Assembly: GCA_034717435.1 (NCBI GenBank)
Contig: JAYELI010000057.1
Span: forward strand, 1-57,794
Direction: 5' to 3'
DNA from: Candidatus Omnitrophota bacterium
GTDB lineage: Bacteria; Omnitrophota; JAUWXU01
Length of the DNA: 57,794 nucleotides
Positions within the stretch are counted from its first letter, which is position 1. The number at the start of each line of letters is the position of its first letter. Both the position numbers and the translations under genes were made by a program. Of the stretch, positions 26,646 to 36,796 are shown piece by piece. The notes beneath the pieces are model-generated. The model made no database searches and was not told the origin of the DNA. It was given only the letters and a program-made list of their open reading frames with translations.

Positions 26646-27139
26646 AAATATTTTCTTACCATCTCCAGGGCTGCCCGGGAGACCTTTGATTTTATTGTGG
26701 TTCTGTTTCCAGTGAAATTAAACTCTTGCCAGATGGCCTGATTTGTTGTTGCCAGCGCTATAAACACAAGGCCGAGAGGTTTTTTTCTGGTTGCTCCTCC
26801 GGGACCGGCAATGCCGGTTATACCCAATCCTATGTCGGTTCTGGATAACTTTCTAATAGCTTTGGCCATGGCCAGGGCTGTCTTAACGCTGACCGCCCCG
26901 TTTTTTTCTATTATTTTAAGTGGAACATTAAGCAGGTTGACCTTTATTTGGTTAGAATATGCAACTATCCCTACTTTAAAGTATTTTGAACTTCCGGGGA
27001 TATTGGTTAATTGGTTAGCTACCAGCCCCCCTGTGCAGGATTCAGCTACAGAGATGGTTTTTTTTGAAGTAGTCAGGAGTTCTGCTATTCTGGCTTCCAG
27101 CGTTTGTTTATTTTCTGTTTTCGTAATCTTTTTTCTCAT
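26630..27139 (-). CDS. pncC: CinA C-terminal domain protein / nicotinamide-nucleotide amidohydrolase
   Basis: ESCTGGL and GITGIAGPGG motifs. Divergent from recA. Confidence 0.85.
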   Translation of the reverse strand: MRKKITKTENKQTLEARIAELLTTSKKTISVAESCTGGLVANQLTNIPGSSKYFKVGIVAYSNQIKVNLLNVPLKIIEKNGAVSVKTALAMAKAIRKLSRTDIGLGITGIAGPGGATRKKPLGLVFIALATTNQAIWQEFNFTGNRTTIKSKVSRAALEMVRKYLCALS

Positions 27140-27199
27140 TGCTCCCTAACCGTAAACTGTAATTCGTAAACCTGCAATAGTATACCACCAAAATTTTGC

Positions 27200-27228
27200 T
27201 TTACAAAATATTTTCTCTGATTTATAAT
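27200..27228 (+). promoter_or_regulatory. Sigma70-like promoter candidate for recA: TTTACA - 17 nt - TATAAT
   Basis: Hexamers at 27200-27205 and 27223-27228, about 45 nt upstream of the recA ATG. SD agaggagg follows. Confidence 0.4.
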
Positions 27229-27274
27229 ACTAACCTATGTATTAAGGATAATTTACTGGAAAGAGGAGGTAAAA

Positions 27275-28285
27275 ATGACAGTCAAACATGAAGATCGTCA
27301 GATCTCAGATAAAACAAAGGCATTAGAAATGACTTTAACCCAGATAGAAAAACAGTTTGGCAAAGGTTCAATTATGAAATTAGACCAGGCAAAGAGAATC
27401 GATATTGAAGCCATATCCACCGGCGCTATAACCCTGGATTGGGCCCTGGGGGTAGGCGGGGTTCCTCGGGGTAGAGTTATTGAAATATTCGGGCCGGAAG
27501 GAGGAGGAAAGACCACCCTTAGCCTGAGTATCATTAGTCAGGTCCAGAAGAGCGGAGGAGTGGCTGCTTTTATTGATGCCGAGCATGCGCTGGATCCTGC
27601 TTATGCTGAGAAATTAGGCGTAAAGCTTAGTGAATTTTTAATCTCCCAGCCGGATACAGGCGAACAGGCATTGGAAATAGTTGAGGCCCTGGTTAGAAGC
27701 AACGCCGTAGATATTGTCGTTGTTGATTCTGTAGCTGCTTTGGTTCCCCGGGCTGAGATTGAGGGAGAAATGGGCGATACCCATATTGGTCTTCAGGCCA
27801 GGCTTATGTCTCAGGCGCTGAGGAAGCTTACCGGATCGATCAGTAAATCAAAAACCTGCGTTATATTTATTAATCAGATCAGAATGAAGATAGGGGTAAT
27901 GTTCGGTAATCCTGAAACTACTCCCGGAGGCAGGGCGTTGAAGTTTTATTCTTCAGTCAGGATTGATATCAGGAGAAAAGGCTCAATAAAGGTAGGGGAT
28001 GTAGTGGTTGGCAGCAGGACATTGGCCAAGGTTGTTAAAAATAAGGTAGCCCCGCCGTTTAAAAGGGCAGAGTTTGATATTATGTTTGATCAGGGTATCT
28101 GCCGGGCCGGCAGTATTATGGATCTGGGAATAGAAAATAATATTATCCAGAAGTCCGGCACATGGTTGATATATAACCAGGTGAAGATTGGCCAGGGCAG
28201 GGAAAAAGGAAGGATTCATTTAAAGGAAAACCCCAAGCTTATGCGTGAAATTGAAACTAAAGTCAGAGAAATAATGGGAATATAG
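27275..28285 (+). CDS. recA: Recombinase A
   Basis: [37 protein letters not shown], and [20 protein letters not shown]. Confidence 0.97.
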   Translation: MTVKHEDRQISDKTKALEMTLTQIEKQFGKGSIMKLDQAKRIDIEAISTGAITLDWALGVGGVPRGRVIEIFGPEGGGKTTLSLSIISQVQKSGGVAAFIDAEHALDPAYAEKLGVKLSEFLISQPDTGEQALEIVEALVRSNAVDIVVVDSVAALVPRAEIEGEMGDTHIGLQARLMSQALRKLTGSISKSKTCVIFINQIRMKIGVMFGNPETTPGGRALKFYSSVRIDIRRKGSIKVGDVVVGSRTLAKVVKNKVAPPFKRAEFDIMFDQGICRAGSIMDLGIENNIIQKSGTWLIYNQVKIGQGREKGRIHLKENPKLMREIETKVREIMGI

Positions 28286-28299
28286 GGAGGTATGATTCA

Positions 28300-29766
28300 A
28301 TGGCCAGGATAGGGCTGAAAAGTAAAAGTTTGTTTTTGACAGCTGTTTTAACCAGTATTTTGATTGGCAGCGTATTTACCAACCATGCTCTGGCTGATAA
28401 TTTTGGAAAAGAGAATGCATTCACTTTAATAGCCAGGGATGTATACCCGGCGGTAGTCAGTATTACTACAACCCACATAGAAAAATTAGGAGGTTCTGGA
28501 TACAGACGTTCCAGCCCGTTCGGGGAAGACGATTTCTTTGATCAATTCTTTAAAGATTTTTTTACTCAAATTCCCGAGAGAGAATATAAGCAAGTGGGGA
28601 TCGGCTCGGGCGTTATTATTGATAGTAATGGCTATATCCTGACCAATTATCACGTAGTAGAAGAAGTGGATAACGGCGAGGTCACTGTTAAGCTTCCTGA
28701 CGGCCGGGAATTTAAAGGAAAGATAAAAGGCAGTGATCCCCGAAGCGACCTGGCAATAGTTAAAATCGACGGCAAAAATTTACCCTTAGCCCAACTGGGA
28801 GATTCAGATAATGTCAAGATTGGGCAATGGGCAGTTGCTATTGGAAACCCTTTTGCTTTTATCATTGACGACCCCAACCCGACCATGACCGTAGGCGTAA
28901 TCAGCGCGCTGCATCGCAGCCTGCCGGCGGTCAGAGGAACCACCCGCTATTATGGCGATCTTATTCAGACTGATGCGGCCATTAATCGAGGCAATTCCGG
29001 AGGGCCGTTGGTTAATGTAAAAGGGGAAGTAATAGGCATAAATGTAGCTATATTTTCGAGTACCGGCGGTTATCAAGGTGTGGGCTTTGCCATCCCGATC
29101 AATACAGCCAAGGATGTTATTAATAGTCTGGTTAAGGGTGAAAAGGTTCTTTATGGATGGCTGGGGGTAAATGTTCAGGATATAGATCAGGATTTAGCTG
29201 AGTATTTTGAGTTGGGAGACAAAAAAGGAGTATTGGTGGCAAAGGTGCTTAAAGACAGTCCCGCTGAACAGGCTGGAATTAGGGATAAAGATATAATCAG
29301 GACATTTAACGGAAGGGACATAAAAGATACGCAGCAACTGATAAAGATAGTGAGCCGGACTTTACCGAATAAAAAGGTACTGGTTAAGGTAATGCGCGAC
29401 AAGAAAGAGTTGATCTTAAAGGTTAAGGTGGGCGAGCGTCCGGATATTTTAGAGGAATCCAGAAAAGAAAAAGAAGCCGAATCTCAGGAATTGTGGAGGG
29501 GCTTAAAAGTAAGCAATATTACGCCGGAAATAAGCAGAATGTTTGCTATTCCTGAAGCTGCAGCAGGGATAGTTATTATAGATATAGAATACGGCAGTGC
29601 TGGCGATGAGTCAGGCCTGCGCAAAAGAGATATTATTACCCAGATCGGCCGCAGGGCAATAACCAGCTTAACTGATTATCGGCAGGTTACTTCAAAGATT
29701 AAAGGTAACGTTTTGATAAAGACCAACCGGGGTTATTTTGTTGTTCGGGAAAAAATAAACGAGTGA
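28300..29766 (+). CDS. htrA: Do/DegP/HtrA-family periplasmic serine protease with two PDZ domains
   Basis: Catalytic-triad contexts TNYHVV, SDLAIVK and GNSGGPL. Confidence 0.9.
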   Translation: MARIGLKSKSLFLTAVLTSILIGSVFTNHALADNFGKENAFTLIARDVYPAVVSITTTHIEKLGGSGYRRSSPFGEDDFFDQFFKDFFTQIPEREYKQVGIGSGVIIDSNGYILTNYHVVEEVDNGEVTVKLPDGREFKGKIKGSDPRSDLAIVKIDGKNLPLAQLGDSDNVKIGQWAVAIGNPFAFIIDDPNPTMTVGVISALHRSLPAVRGTTRYYGDLIQTDAAINRGNSGGPLVNVKGEVIGINVAIFSSTGGYQGVGFAIPINTAKDVINSLVKGEKVLYGWLGVNVQDIDQDLAEYFELGDKKGVLVAKVLKDSPAEQAGIRDKDIIRTFNGRDIKDTQQLIKIVSRTLPNKKVLVKVMRDKKELILKVKVGERPDILEESRKEKEAESQELWRGLKVSNITPEISRMFAIPEAAAGIVIIDIEYGSAGDESGLRKRDIITQIGRRAITSLTDYRQVTSKIKGNVLIKTNRGYFVVREKINE

Positions 29767-32405
29767 AGACCGGGGAAATCAGAAGTGAATTTTTAGATTT
29801 CTTTAAATCAAAAGGCCACCGGATTGTTGCCAGCGATTCTTTGGTTCCTGCCAATGACCCCACGCTTTTATTTACCGGTAGTGGAATGAATCAGTTCAAG
29901 GAGGAATTCCTCGGACATGTTAAAGATCACAAAAGAGCAGCATCCTGCCAGAAGTGCCTGCGAACAGTGGATCTGGAAAAGGTGGGCCATAGCCCCGGCC
30001 ACCACACCTTTTTTGAGATGCTGGGTAACTTTTCCTTTGGGGATTATTTTAAAGAGGAAGCCATTAAATGGGCCTGGGAATTTTTAACAGATAGGTTAGG
30101 CCTGCCTTCTTCCAAGATCTGGGTTTCGGTCTATACCGAAGATCAGGAGTCATTTAATATCTGGAAATCCAAGATAAAGATTCCTGTCTCAAGGATTGTC
30201 AAACTCGGGCAAAAGGAGAACTTTTGGCCGTCGGAGGCCCCGAGTGAAGGACCTAATGGGCCGTGCGGGCCAAGCAGCGAAATATTTTATGACCGAGGCC
30301 AAAAAACAGGATGTAAAAAGCCTGGCTGTAATCCGGGTTGTGATTGTGAAAGGTTTATAGAGATCTGGAACTTGGTTTTTACTCAGTTTGACCGTCAACC
30401 CGATGGAAGCCTTGGCGAGCTTCCCAATAAATGCATTGATACCGGAATGGGTTTGGAAAGGATTGCTGCTGTTTGTCAAGGTGTGGAAAATAATTTCCAG
30501 GCAGACCTGCTTAAATCCCTAATTGACCGTTTATGCGAGGCAGGTAACCTGAAATATGGCCGGGACGAGCAGAAAGATTACCACTTGATGGCCATAGCCG
30601 ATCATATCCGGGCGGTGATTTTTTTAATATCTGACGGGGTGCTGCCCTCTAATCAGGGCCGGGGTTATGTAGAGCGGATGTTAATCAGAAGGGCTATTGG
30701 CCATTTACGGACTCTCAATTTAACAGGTTTATTTCTTTATAAGTTTGTTCCATTTGTTGGCGGGATAATGCAGGATTTTTATCCAGAGGTTTTTGAACAA
30801 AAAAAGGCAATATCAGAGATTATCCTGGCTGAGGAAAAGCGCTTCCAAAATACTATCGAAGAAGGAAGGCGCATTCAGCAGGAATTGATGGATAGCCTTT
30901 CCCGGCAGGGAAAAAAGGTTATTCCCGGTGAAAACTGTTTCAGGCTTTACGATACCTACGGGTTTCCCCTTGACCTGATTGAGGTTGATGCCGAAAAAAA
31001 AGGCTTCAAACTGGATAAGCATGGATTTGAAAAAGCGATGTTTAAACAACGGGAGATGTCACGGGAAGGTTCTCAAATTCAAAGCACAATTTTCGCTGCT
31101 ACGTTAGCTGCCAAGATCAAGTCAGCAGCCAAAGCTACTAAATTTGTGGGTTATAAAAAAGAGGAAATTGAGGCAAAAGTGGTTCTGATTTTGCATGATG
31201 ATCAGCCGGTTAAAAACATTAAGCAGGGAAGTCAGGCAGGGATAATTTTAGACCAGAGCCCATATTACGGAGAGTCAGGCGGACAAATAGGAGATGAGGG
31301 TTTAATCAAAAAACAGGCAACAGTGGTGGAGGTATCAGATACCAAATTAATAGATGGGATAATTGTCCACTACGGAAGAGTGATCAAAGGGAAGCTGGCT
31401 TTAGGTGATAAGGTTATAGCCTCTGTTGATAAGGAACGAAGGCTGAAGATAAAAAGGAATCACACCGCGACTCATTTACTTCAAAGCGCCTTGCGGGAAG
31501 TCCTTGGGCCCCAGGTTAAACAACGGGGATCTTTAGTCAGTGACCAGAAATTGAGATTTGATTTTAATTATTTTAAATTGGTTACTAAAGAAGAGCTTGA
31601 CCGTATAGAAGATATAGTGAATCAAAATATCCGGTGCAATATTCAGGTAAAGGTTGAACATCTGCCTTTAACCCAGGCAAAGAAAGCCGGCGCATTAGCG
31701 CTATTTGGCGAAAAATATGGCGAAACAGTCCGGGTGCTTTCTATTGGCGGGCTTAGTAAAGAGCTTTGCAGAGGGACACATGTTGCTTCGACTTCCGAAA
31801 TAGCGCTATTTAGAATAACAGGCGAAAGCGCTGTAGCAGCAGGTATAAGAAGAATAGAGGCTGTTACCGGCCGGGCAGCTTACCAACTGATGAAAACCGA
31901 AGAGAATATTATGTCCAACTTGTCTCAGATGTTGAAGTCCAGTCCTCCCAAAATAATAGAGCGGATAGAAAAACTTCTTTCCGAGACGGCTTCCTATGCA
32001 AAGCAAATAGGCAGGTTGAAAAAACAGGCATCCTCGATCGAGATTAAGAACATGATTGGGGGGGCTATTGATCTCAAAGGCGCCAAAGTGATCATTAAAA
32101 AGATAGAGGCTGCTGCTGCCGGAGACCTAAAAGACAAAGTGGACCTTTTGAAGGAGCAGTTACCTTCAGCGCTTATCATCCTCGGTTCAATATCGGAAGG
32201 TAAGGTTTCGTTGGTCAGCGCAGCGACCGATGATTTAGTTAAGAAAGGATTAAACTGCAGGGATGTTATTAAAGAATTAGCCCGGCTGATCGGCGGGAGC
32301 GGAGGAGGGAAACCGGATTTTGCTCAGGCCGGTTCCAGAGAACCGGCAAAACTTGCTTCGGCATTGCAGCAGGCACCACAAATAGTTAAGAGGTATTTAA
32401 GATGA
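29763..32405 (+). CDS. alaS: Alanine--tRNA ligase
   Basis: GTG start. HHTFFEMLGNFSFGDYFK, WNLVFTQF, editing-site HTATHLL, C-terminal GGGKPDFAQAG. Confidence 0.95.
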   Translation: MKTGEIRSEFLDFFKSKGHRIVASDSLVPANDPTLLFTGSGMNQFKEEFLGHVKDHKRAASCQKCLRTVDLEKVGHSPGHHTFFEMLGNFSFGDYFKEEAIKWAWEFLTDRLGLPSSKIWVSVYTEDQESFNIWKSKIKIPVSRIVKLGQKENFWPSEAPSEGPNGPCGPSSEIFYDRGQKTGCKKPGCNPGCDCERFIEIWNLVFTQFDRQPDGSLGELPNKCIDTGMGLERIAAVCQGVENNFQADLLKSLIDRLCEAGNLKYGRDEQKDYHLMAIADHIRAVIFLISDGVLPSNQGRGYVERMLIRRAIGHLRTLNLTGLFLYKFVPFVGGIMQDFYPEVFEQKKAISEIILAEEKRFQNTIEEGRRIQQELMDSLSRQGKKVIPGENCFRLYDTYGFPLDLIEVDAEKKGFKLDKHGFEKAMFKQREMSREGSQIQSTIFAATLAAKIKSAAKATKFVGYKKEEIEAKVVLILHDDQPVKNIKQGSQAGIILDQSPYYGESGGQIGDEGLIKKQATVVEVSDTKLIDGIIVHYGRVIKGKLALGDKVIASVDKERRLKIKRNHTATHLLQSALREVLGPQVKQRGSLVSDQKLRFDFNYFKLVTKEELDRIEDIVNQNIRCNIQVKVEHLPLTQAKKAGALALFGEKYGETVRVLSIGGLSKELCRGTHVASTSEIALFRITGESAVAAGIRRIEAVTGRAAYQLMKTEENIMSNLSQMLKSSPPKIIERIEKLLSETASYAKQIGRLKKQASSIEIKNMIGGAIDLKGAKVIIKKIEAAAAGDLKDKVDLLKEQLPSALIILGSISEGKVSLVSAATDDLVKKGLNCRDVIKELARLIGGSGGGKPDFAQAGSREPAKLASALQQAPQIVKRYLR

Positions 32406-33778
32406 TGCATGTAATATTTTGGGAAAAAGGAAGCTCCAGGAAGCTCGAACGATTAACTGTTCAGGATTTTGATAAACAATTATATAAGGCAGTTGCCAGG
32501 ATAATAGATGGCGTGAGAAAGACCGGCGATAGAGCCCTGGTAAAATATACTAAGAAGTTTGATGGCGTGGAATTAAGCCCTAAAAGGTTAAAGGTAAAAG
32601 AAGGGGATATAAATAAAGCTTATGAACAGATAGATGTTAAATTTGTGCCACTGCTCAAACAGGCGATAGAGAATGTAAGGAGTTTTTACAAAAAGAGGTC
32701 GAAGAGGTCTTTTAGATTAAAAGCAAAAGACGGAGTTATGCTGGAGGAAAAGTATTATCCGATTGAGCGGGTAGGTATTTATATCCCGGGAGGGACAGCG
32801 CCCCTGTTCTCCACTGTTTATATGGCAGTTTTACCTGCAAAGATGGCCGGGGTAAAAGAAATAACAATAGTTTCTCCGCCAGCCAGGAACGGAGAAATAG
32901 ATCCTCATATTCTGGTAGTAGCTAATCTTTTAGGCGTAGGAGAGATATATCGGGTCGGTGGTTCTCAAGCTATAGCTGCCCTGGCGCTGGGTACAAGGAG
33001 CATTCCCAAGGTCGATAAAATTGTTGGTCCGGGAAACCGGTATGTCACTGAGGCCAAAAGGCAGGTCTATGGATTTTGCGACGTTGATATGGTGGCTGGC
33101 CCAAGCGAAGCAGTGTTGCTTGCCGATGGGCATGCTAATCCAGACTACGTAGCCGCAGATCTTCTTGCTCAAGCTGAACATGCCAATTCCACGGCTATTC
33201 TTATCACTACCTCCAAGAAGTTAGCCAATGAAATAAAGAAAAAAGTAGATTCGGGATATGCGATCATAGTCCACAACCTTAAAGAAGCAGTTAAAATCAT
33301 AAATACTATTGCGCCTGAGCATTTACAGATCATGGTCAAGAGTCCTTCCCGGATCAGAAAGAAGATAGTTAATGCCGGCGCTATTTTCCTTGGAGCCTAT
33401 TCTCCAATAGCAGTGGGAGATTATATTGCTGGTCCGAGCCATATCTTGCCTACCGGCGGAACAGCCAGGTTTTATTCAGCGTTAGGTATCGATGATTTTA
33501 TTAAACGCTCACATTTTATCACCTACAGCAGAGAAGCGCTGGAGAAGGTCAAGAAACAGATAGGCAGGCTGGCTGAAATAGAAGGCCTTAAGCTGCACAA
33601 AAACTCTTTAGATGTGAGGTTCCCTGAGCCGGAGACAGTTCTAGCGCGGGAAGAGAGAAAGAAGAATTTTTCTGAACCTCCTTTAGGAGCCAAATCCACA
33701 CAGGAGATTAAAGATGCCCAAAAAGGAAAAAACCCCAAAGACCCCCAGGAAAGCCCGGATAAAAAGACAGACCACTGA
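32402..33778 (+). CDS. hisD: Histidinol dehydrogenase with a Lys/Pro/Glu-rich C-terminal tail
   Basis: GPGNRYV, LLAQAEH and HILPTGGTARF motifs. About 45 extra low-complexity residues at the C-terminus. Confidence 0.92.
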   Translation: MMHVIFWEKGSSRKLERLTVQDFDKQLYKAVARIIDGVRKTGDRALVKYTKKFDGVELSPKRLKVKEGDINKAYEQIDVKFVPLLKQAIENVRSFYKKRSKRSFRLKAKDGVMLEEKYYPIERVGIYIPGGTAPLFSTVYMAVLPAKMAGVKEITIVSPPARNGEIDPHILVVANLLGVGEIYRVGGSQAIAALALGTRSIPKVDKIVGPGNRYVTEAKRQVYGFCDVDMVAGPSEAVLLADGHANPDYVAADLLAQAEHANSTAILITTSKKLANEIKKKVDSGYAIIVHNLKEAVKIINTIAPEHLQIMVKSPSRIRKKIVNAGAIFLGAYSPIAVGDYIAGPSHILPTGGTARFYSALGIDDFIKRSHFITYSREALEKVKKQIGRLAEIEGLKLHKNSLDVRFPEPETVLAREERKKNFSEPPLGAKSTQEIKDAQKGKNPKDPQESPDKKTDH

Positions 33779-34346
33779 AGTTAAAGTTGCCGGCAGGTTA
33801 TTGCTGGACGGCAAAGGCAAATCCAAGATTGATAGCGGTATTAAATTTTTGGATCATATGCTAGACCTGTTTACATTTCACGGTTTTTTCGATTTGGAGC
33901 TTACGGCAAGAGGAGATTTGGGGGTAGATTACCATCATACCAATGAAGATATCGGAATTGTCTTAGGCGAAGCGTTTAAAAAATCTATTGGTAAAGCGCG
34001 GGGCATAAAAAGATTTGGCGAGGCATCAGTCCCGATGGAAGAAGCATTGGCGTGGGTAGTGGTGGATGTTTGCGGAAGGGGCAGTTTTTCCTGGAACTTA
34101 CCGGCTAATACAGAGTTAAAAAAGGAAACAGGGGGATATAGCTTTGATGACGCCAGGCATTTTCTGGACTCATTTGCCAAGAAATCAGGCATTAACATAA
34201 AGATTGATATAATTGAACCAAGCCCGGATGTCCACCATTTATTAGAGGCAGCATTTAAATCTTTAGGAATAGCAATTGACCGGGCGACTCAGATAGATAA
34301 GAGAAGAAAGGGCGTCCCTTCTACTAAAGGGGTTATAGACCTATAA
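33714..34346 (+). CDS. hisB: Imidazoleglycerol-phosphate dehydratase
   Basis: RQTTEVKV, DYHHTNEDIG and DVHHLLEA metal-binding motifs. 65-nt overlap with hisD. Confidence 0.9.
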   Translation: MPKKEKTPKTPRKARIKRQTTEVKVAGRLLLDGKGKSKIDSGIKFLDHMLDLFTFHGFFDLELTARGDLGVDYHHTNEDIGIVLGEAFKKSIGKARGIKRFGEASVPMEEALAWVVVDVCGRGSFSWNLPANTELKKETGGYSFDDARHFLDSFAKKSGINIKIDIIEPSPDVHHLLEAAFKSLGIAIDRATQIDKRRKGVPSTKGVIDL

Positions 34347-34349
34347 AAA

Positions 34350-34497
34350 CTGCAGGTTGCAGGCTGGGAAGCTGGTTTAACGTTGTCGATGCTCATATGG
34401 GTGCTCGTTTTAGAAACTAGAGGCTTGGACATAGTGAATTATCCAGCTTCCAGCCTTCAGCTTCGATACCAGTATCGACAACGACAAACGAGCTTCT
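34350..34497. repeat. About 150-nt intergenic hairpin element (AAGCTGG / GTCGATGC words), copy B, inverted relative to copy A
   Basis: The reverse complement of 34445-34497 aligns with 2676-2740. The reverse complement of 34361-34415 aligns with 2780-2817. Confidence 0.7.
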
Positions 34498-34525
34498 ATA
34501 ACTTTGATTTTGAGAAAGGTATGTT

Positions 34526-35248
34526 ATGTTGATCATTCCCGCGATTGATCTAAAAAACGGAAAAGTAGTCAGGCTCTGGCAGGGAGATTTTTCTAAAGAG
34601 ATAGTTTATTCTGAAAATCCCGCATCAGTTGCCCGGCAATGGGAATTTATGGGAGCCAAGCTGCTGCACCTGGTTGATTTAGACGGCGCTTTGACCGGCA
34701 GCCTGAAAAACCTGGATATAGCAGCCGAGATAGCCAAGAGAATAGCTATTCCTGTCGAATTAGGAGGCGGGATCAGGACTGAAGAAGCGATCGAAAAGGT
34801 GTTATCTAAAGGAATAAACCGGGTAGTGTTGGGTACAAAAATCTATAAAGACCCGGAATTTGCTCAAAAGATAATTTCCAAATATCAGGATAAAGTGATT
34901 GTCAGCATTGATTCAAAAGCAGGCCTGATTCAAGCCAATGGCTGGACCAGCCCTATTTCCCTGGCGCCGGTTGAATTGGCAGGGAAAATAAAAGAACTCG
35001 GCTTAAATAGCGTTATCTATACGGATATCTCTAAAGATGGGACGTTAAGCGGGCCTGACCTGGCGAGCATCAAGCGGTTTCTGCGGGAATCGCAGATAAA
35101 AACTATTGTTTCCGGCGGTATCGCTTCTTTAGAAGACATTACTAAGCTTAACACCCTAAAACCAGAGGGGTTATCGGGCGTGATAATCGGAAAGGCCTTG
35201 TATGAGGGTAAGGTTGACCTTAGAGAGGCGATAGCGGCGGGGAAATAA
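34526..35248 (+). CDS. hisA: ProFAR isomerase
   Basis: IPAIDLKNGKVVRL and SGGI..LED motifs. Confidence 0.9.
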   Translation: MLIIPAIDLKNGKVVRLWQGDFSKEIVYSENPASVARQWEFMGAKLLHLVDLDGALTGSLKNLDIAAEIAKRIAIPVELGGGIRTEEAIEKVLSKGINRVVLGTKIYKDPEFAQKIISKYQDKVIVSIDSKAGLIQANGWTSPISLAPVELAGKIKELGLNSVIYTDISKDGTLSGPDLASIKRFLRESQIKTIVSGGIASLEDITKLNTLKPEGLSGVIIGKALYEGKVDLREAIAAGK

Positions 35249-35271
35249 TATGAGGCAAGAGGTTATATAAC

Positions 35272-35646
35272 ATGAAATTAAAGTACGATAAACAAGGTTT
35301 GATCCCGGTAATAGTGCAGGACTATAAAACCAAGGAAGTTTTGATGCTGGCTTACATGAATAAGCTGGCTTTAAAAAAGACGCTGGATACAGGAAAGGTG
35401 CACTTTTTTTCCCGTTCTCGCAAGAAATTATGGCTTAAAGGAGAAACGTCAGGCCATTACCAGAGGGTTTACGAGGTCCTTTTTGATTGTGATAAGGATA
35501 CGCTTTTGATCAGGGTTCAACAGAAAGGCGGCGCCTGCCATATGGGATACAGATCTTGTTTTTATCGAAGCGCAGGCAAAAAGTGCAAGACAGTGAACGT
35601 GGTTGGCCGGAAGGTATTCGATCCGGAAGAGGTATATAAAAAGTAA
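35272..35646 (+). CDS. hisI: Phosphoribosyl-AMP cyclohydrolase (no HisE domain)
   Basis: [23 protein letters not shown] and CHMGYRSCF motifs. Confidence 0.9.
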   Translation: MKLKYDKQGLIPVIVQDYKTKEVLMLAYMNKLALKKTLDTGKVHFFSRSRKKLWLKGETSGHYQRVYEVLFDCDKDTLLIRVQQKGGACHMGYRSCFYRSAGKKCKTVNVVGRKVFDPEEVYKK

Positions 35647-35787
35647 GCAGTAGGCAGTAAGCAGCAGGCAGAAAGAAACACGGTAGAAAAAAATAGACAC
35701 AGATGGGCACAGAAGGAGTAATTGGCAATGTGCAGCATAGAAATATTGGTTTACTGTTTATGATTAGCAGATAAGGGGTTATTTAAA

Positions 35788-36795
35788 GTGATCAAAGAAG
35801 TGATTGCTGAAGTTGTTAAAGGAATAGATCTTTCTTGCCTTGAAGCTGAACAGGTGATGAAAGAGATTATGGATGGAGAAGCAACCCCATCCCAAATAGC
35901 CTCTTTTATAACTGCCTTAAGAATAAAGGGCGAAACAGTAGATGAGATTACCGGTTGTGCCCGGATAATGAGGCAGTACGCAAAAAAGATTAAGGTAACC
36001 GGAGCAGCGGTTGATACCTGTGGAACAGGCGGAGATAAATCTTACACATTTAATATCTCTACAGTCAGTGCATTTGTGGTTAGTGCCGCGGGTTTGACTG
36101 TGGCCAAGCACGGTAATGTTTCTGTTTCCAGTAAGTGCGGAAGTGCTAATTTACTTGAGGCATTAGGGGTTAAAATCTATATTAGCCCGGACAAAGTAGA
36201 GCAGTGCCTGGCAAAGATTGGAATAGGCTTTTTGTTTGCTCCGGCCCTTCACCAGGCGATGAAATATGCCATGCCCAGCCGGAGGGAAATCGGAATCAGG
36301 ACGGTTTTTAATATTTTAGGGCCGCTGACCAACCCGGCTGGAGCGAATTGCCAGCTTTTGGGAGTTTATAAAAGGGAATTAACCGAGCCTTTAGCCAGAG
36401 TATTAGCTAATTTAGGATCTGATCACGCGCTTGTAGTTCATGGTTTAGATGGCCTGGATGAAGTGACTATTACCAGCCAGACCCAGGTTTCTGAACTGGT
36501 CAATGGAGAAGTAAGAACATACCTGATTGGCCCCGAGGATTTCGGGATAAAAAAGGCAGATTCAAAAGACCTGAAAGGCGGAGAAATTCAAGTTAATCTC
36601 AGAATAGCCCGGGAGGTATTAGGCGGTCAGCCCGGTCCGCAGCGGGATATAGTGCTTTTAAATGCCGGTTGCGCTATCTATGCCGCTGATTTAACTAAAG
36701 ATATTAACCAGGGTATAAAACTAGCTCAAAAGTCGATCGATTCAGGCAGCGCCTTAAAAAAACTGGAATTATTGAAAAAATATACCAACAACTAA
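35788..36795 (+). CDS. trpD: Anthranilate phosphoribosyltransferase
   Basis: GTG start. CGTGGDKS and KHGN motifs. Confidence 0.92.
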   Translation: MIKEVIAEVVKGIDLSCLEAEQVMKEIMDGEATPSQIASFITALRIKGETVDEITGCARIMRQYAKKIKVTGAAVDTCGTGGDKSYTFNISTVSAFVVSAAGLTVAKHGNVSVSSKCGSANLLEALGVKIYISPDKVEQCLAKIGIGFLFAPALHQAMKYAMPSRREIGIRTVFNILGPLTNPAGANCQLLGVYKRELTEPLARVLANLGSDHALVVHGLDGLDEVTITSQTQVSELVNGEVRTYLIGPEDFGIKKADSKDLKGGEIQVNLRIAREVLGGQPGPQRDIVLLNAGCAIYAADLTKDINQGIKLAQKSIDSGSALKKLELLKKYTNN

Positions 36796-36796
36796 G

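Noticed and set aside
27140-27274. LexA/SOS box in the cinA-recA divergent region
   Set aside because: ctgtaattcgtaaacc begins like CTGT-N8-ACAG but ends AACC. No GAAC-N4-GTTC type box was seen either, so only the promoter hexamers are reported.
33714-33778. hisD/hisB overlap as a frameshift or pseudogene
   Set aside because: Both ORFs are intact with all catalytic motifs, so the overlap is reported as a curiosity rather than a disruption.
35647-35787. Possible trp leader peptide or attenuator upstream of trpD
   Set aside because: The only mini-ORF (atgtgcagcatagaaatattggtttactgtttatga, MCSIEILVYCL) has no Trp codons. I could not find alternative terminator/antiterminator pairings or T-box features.
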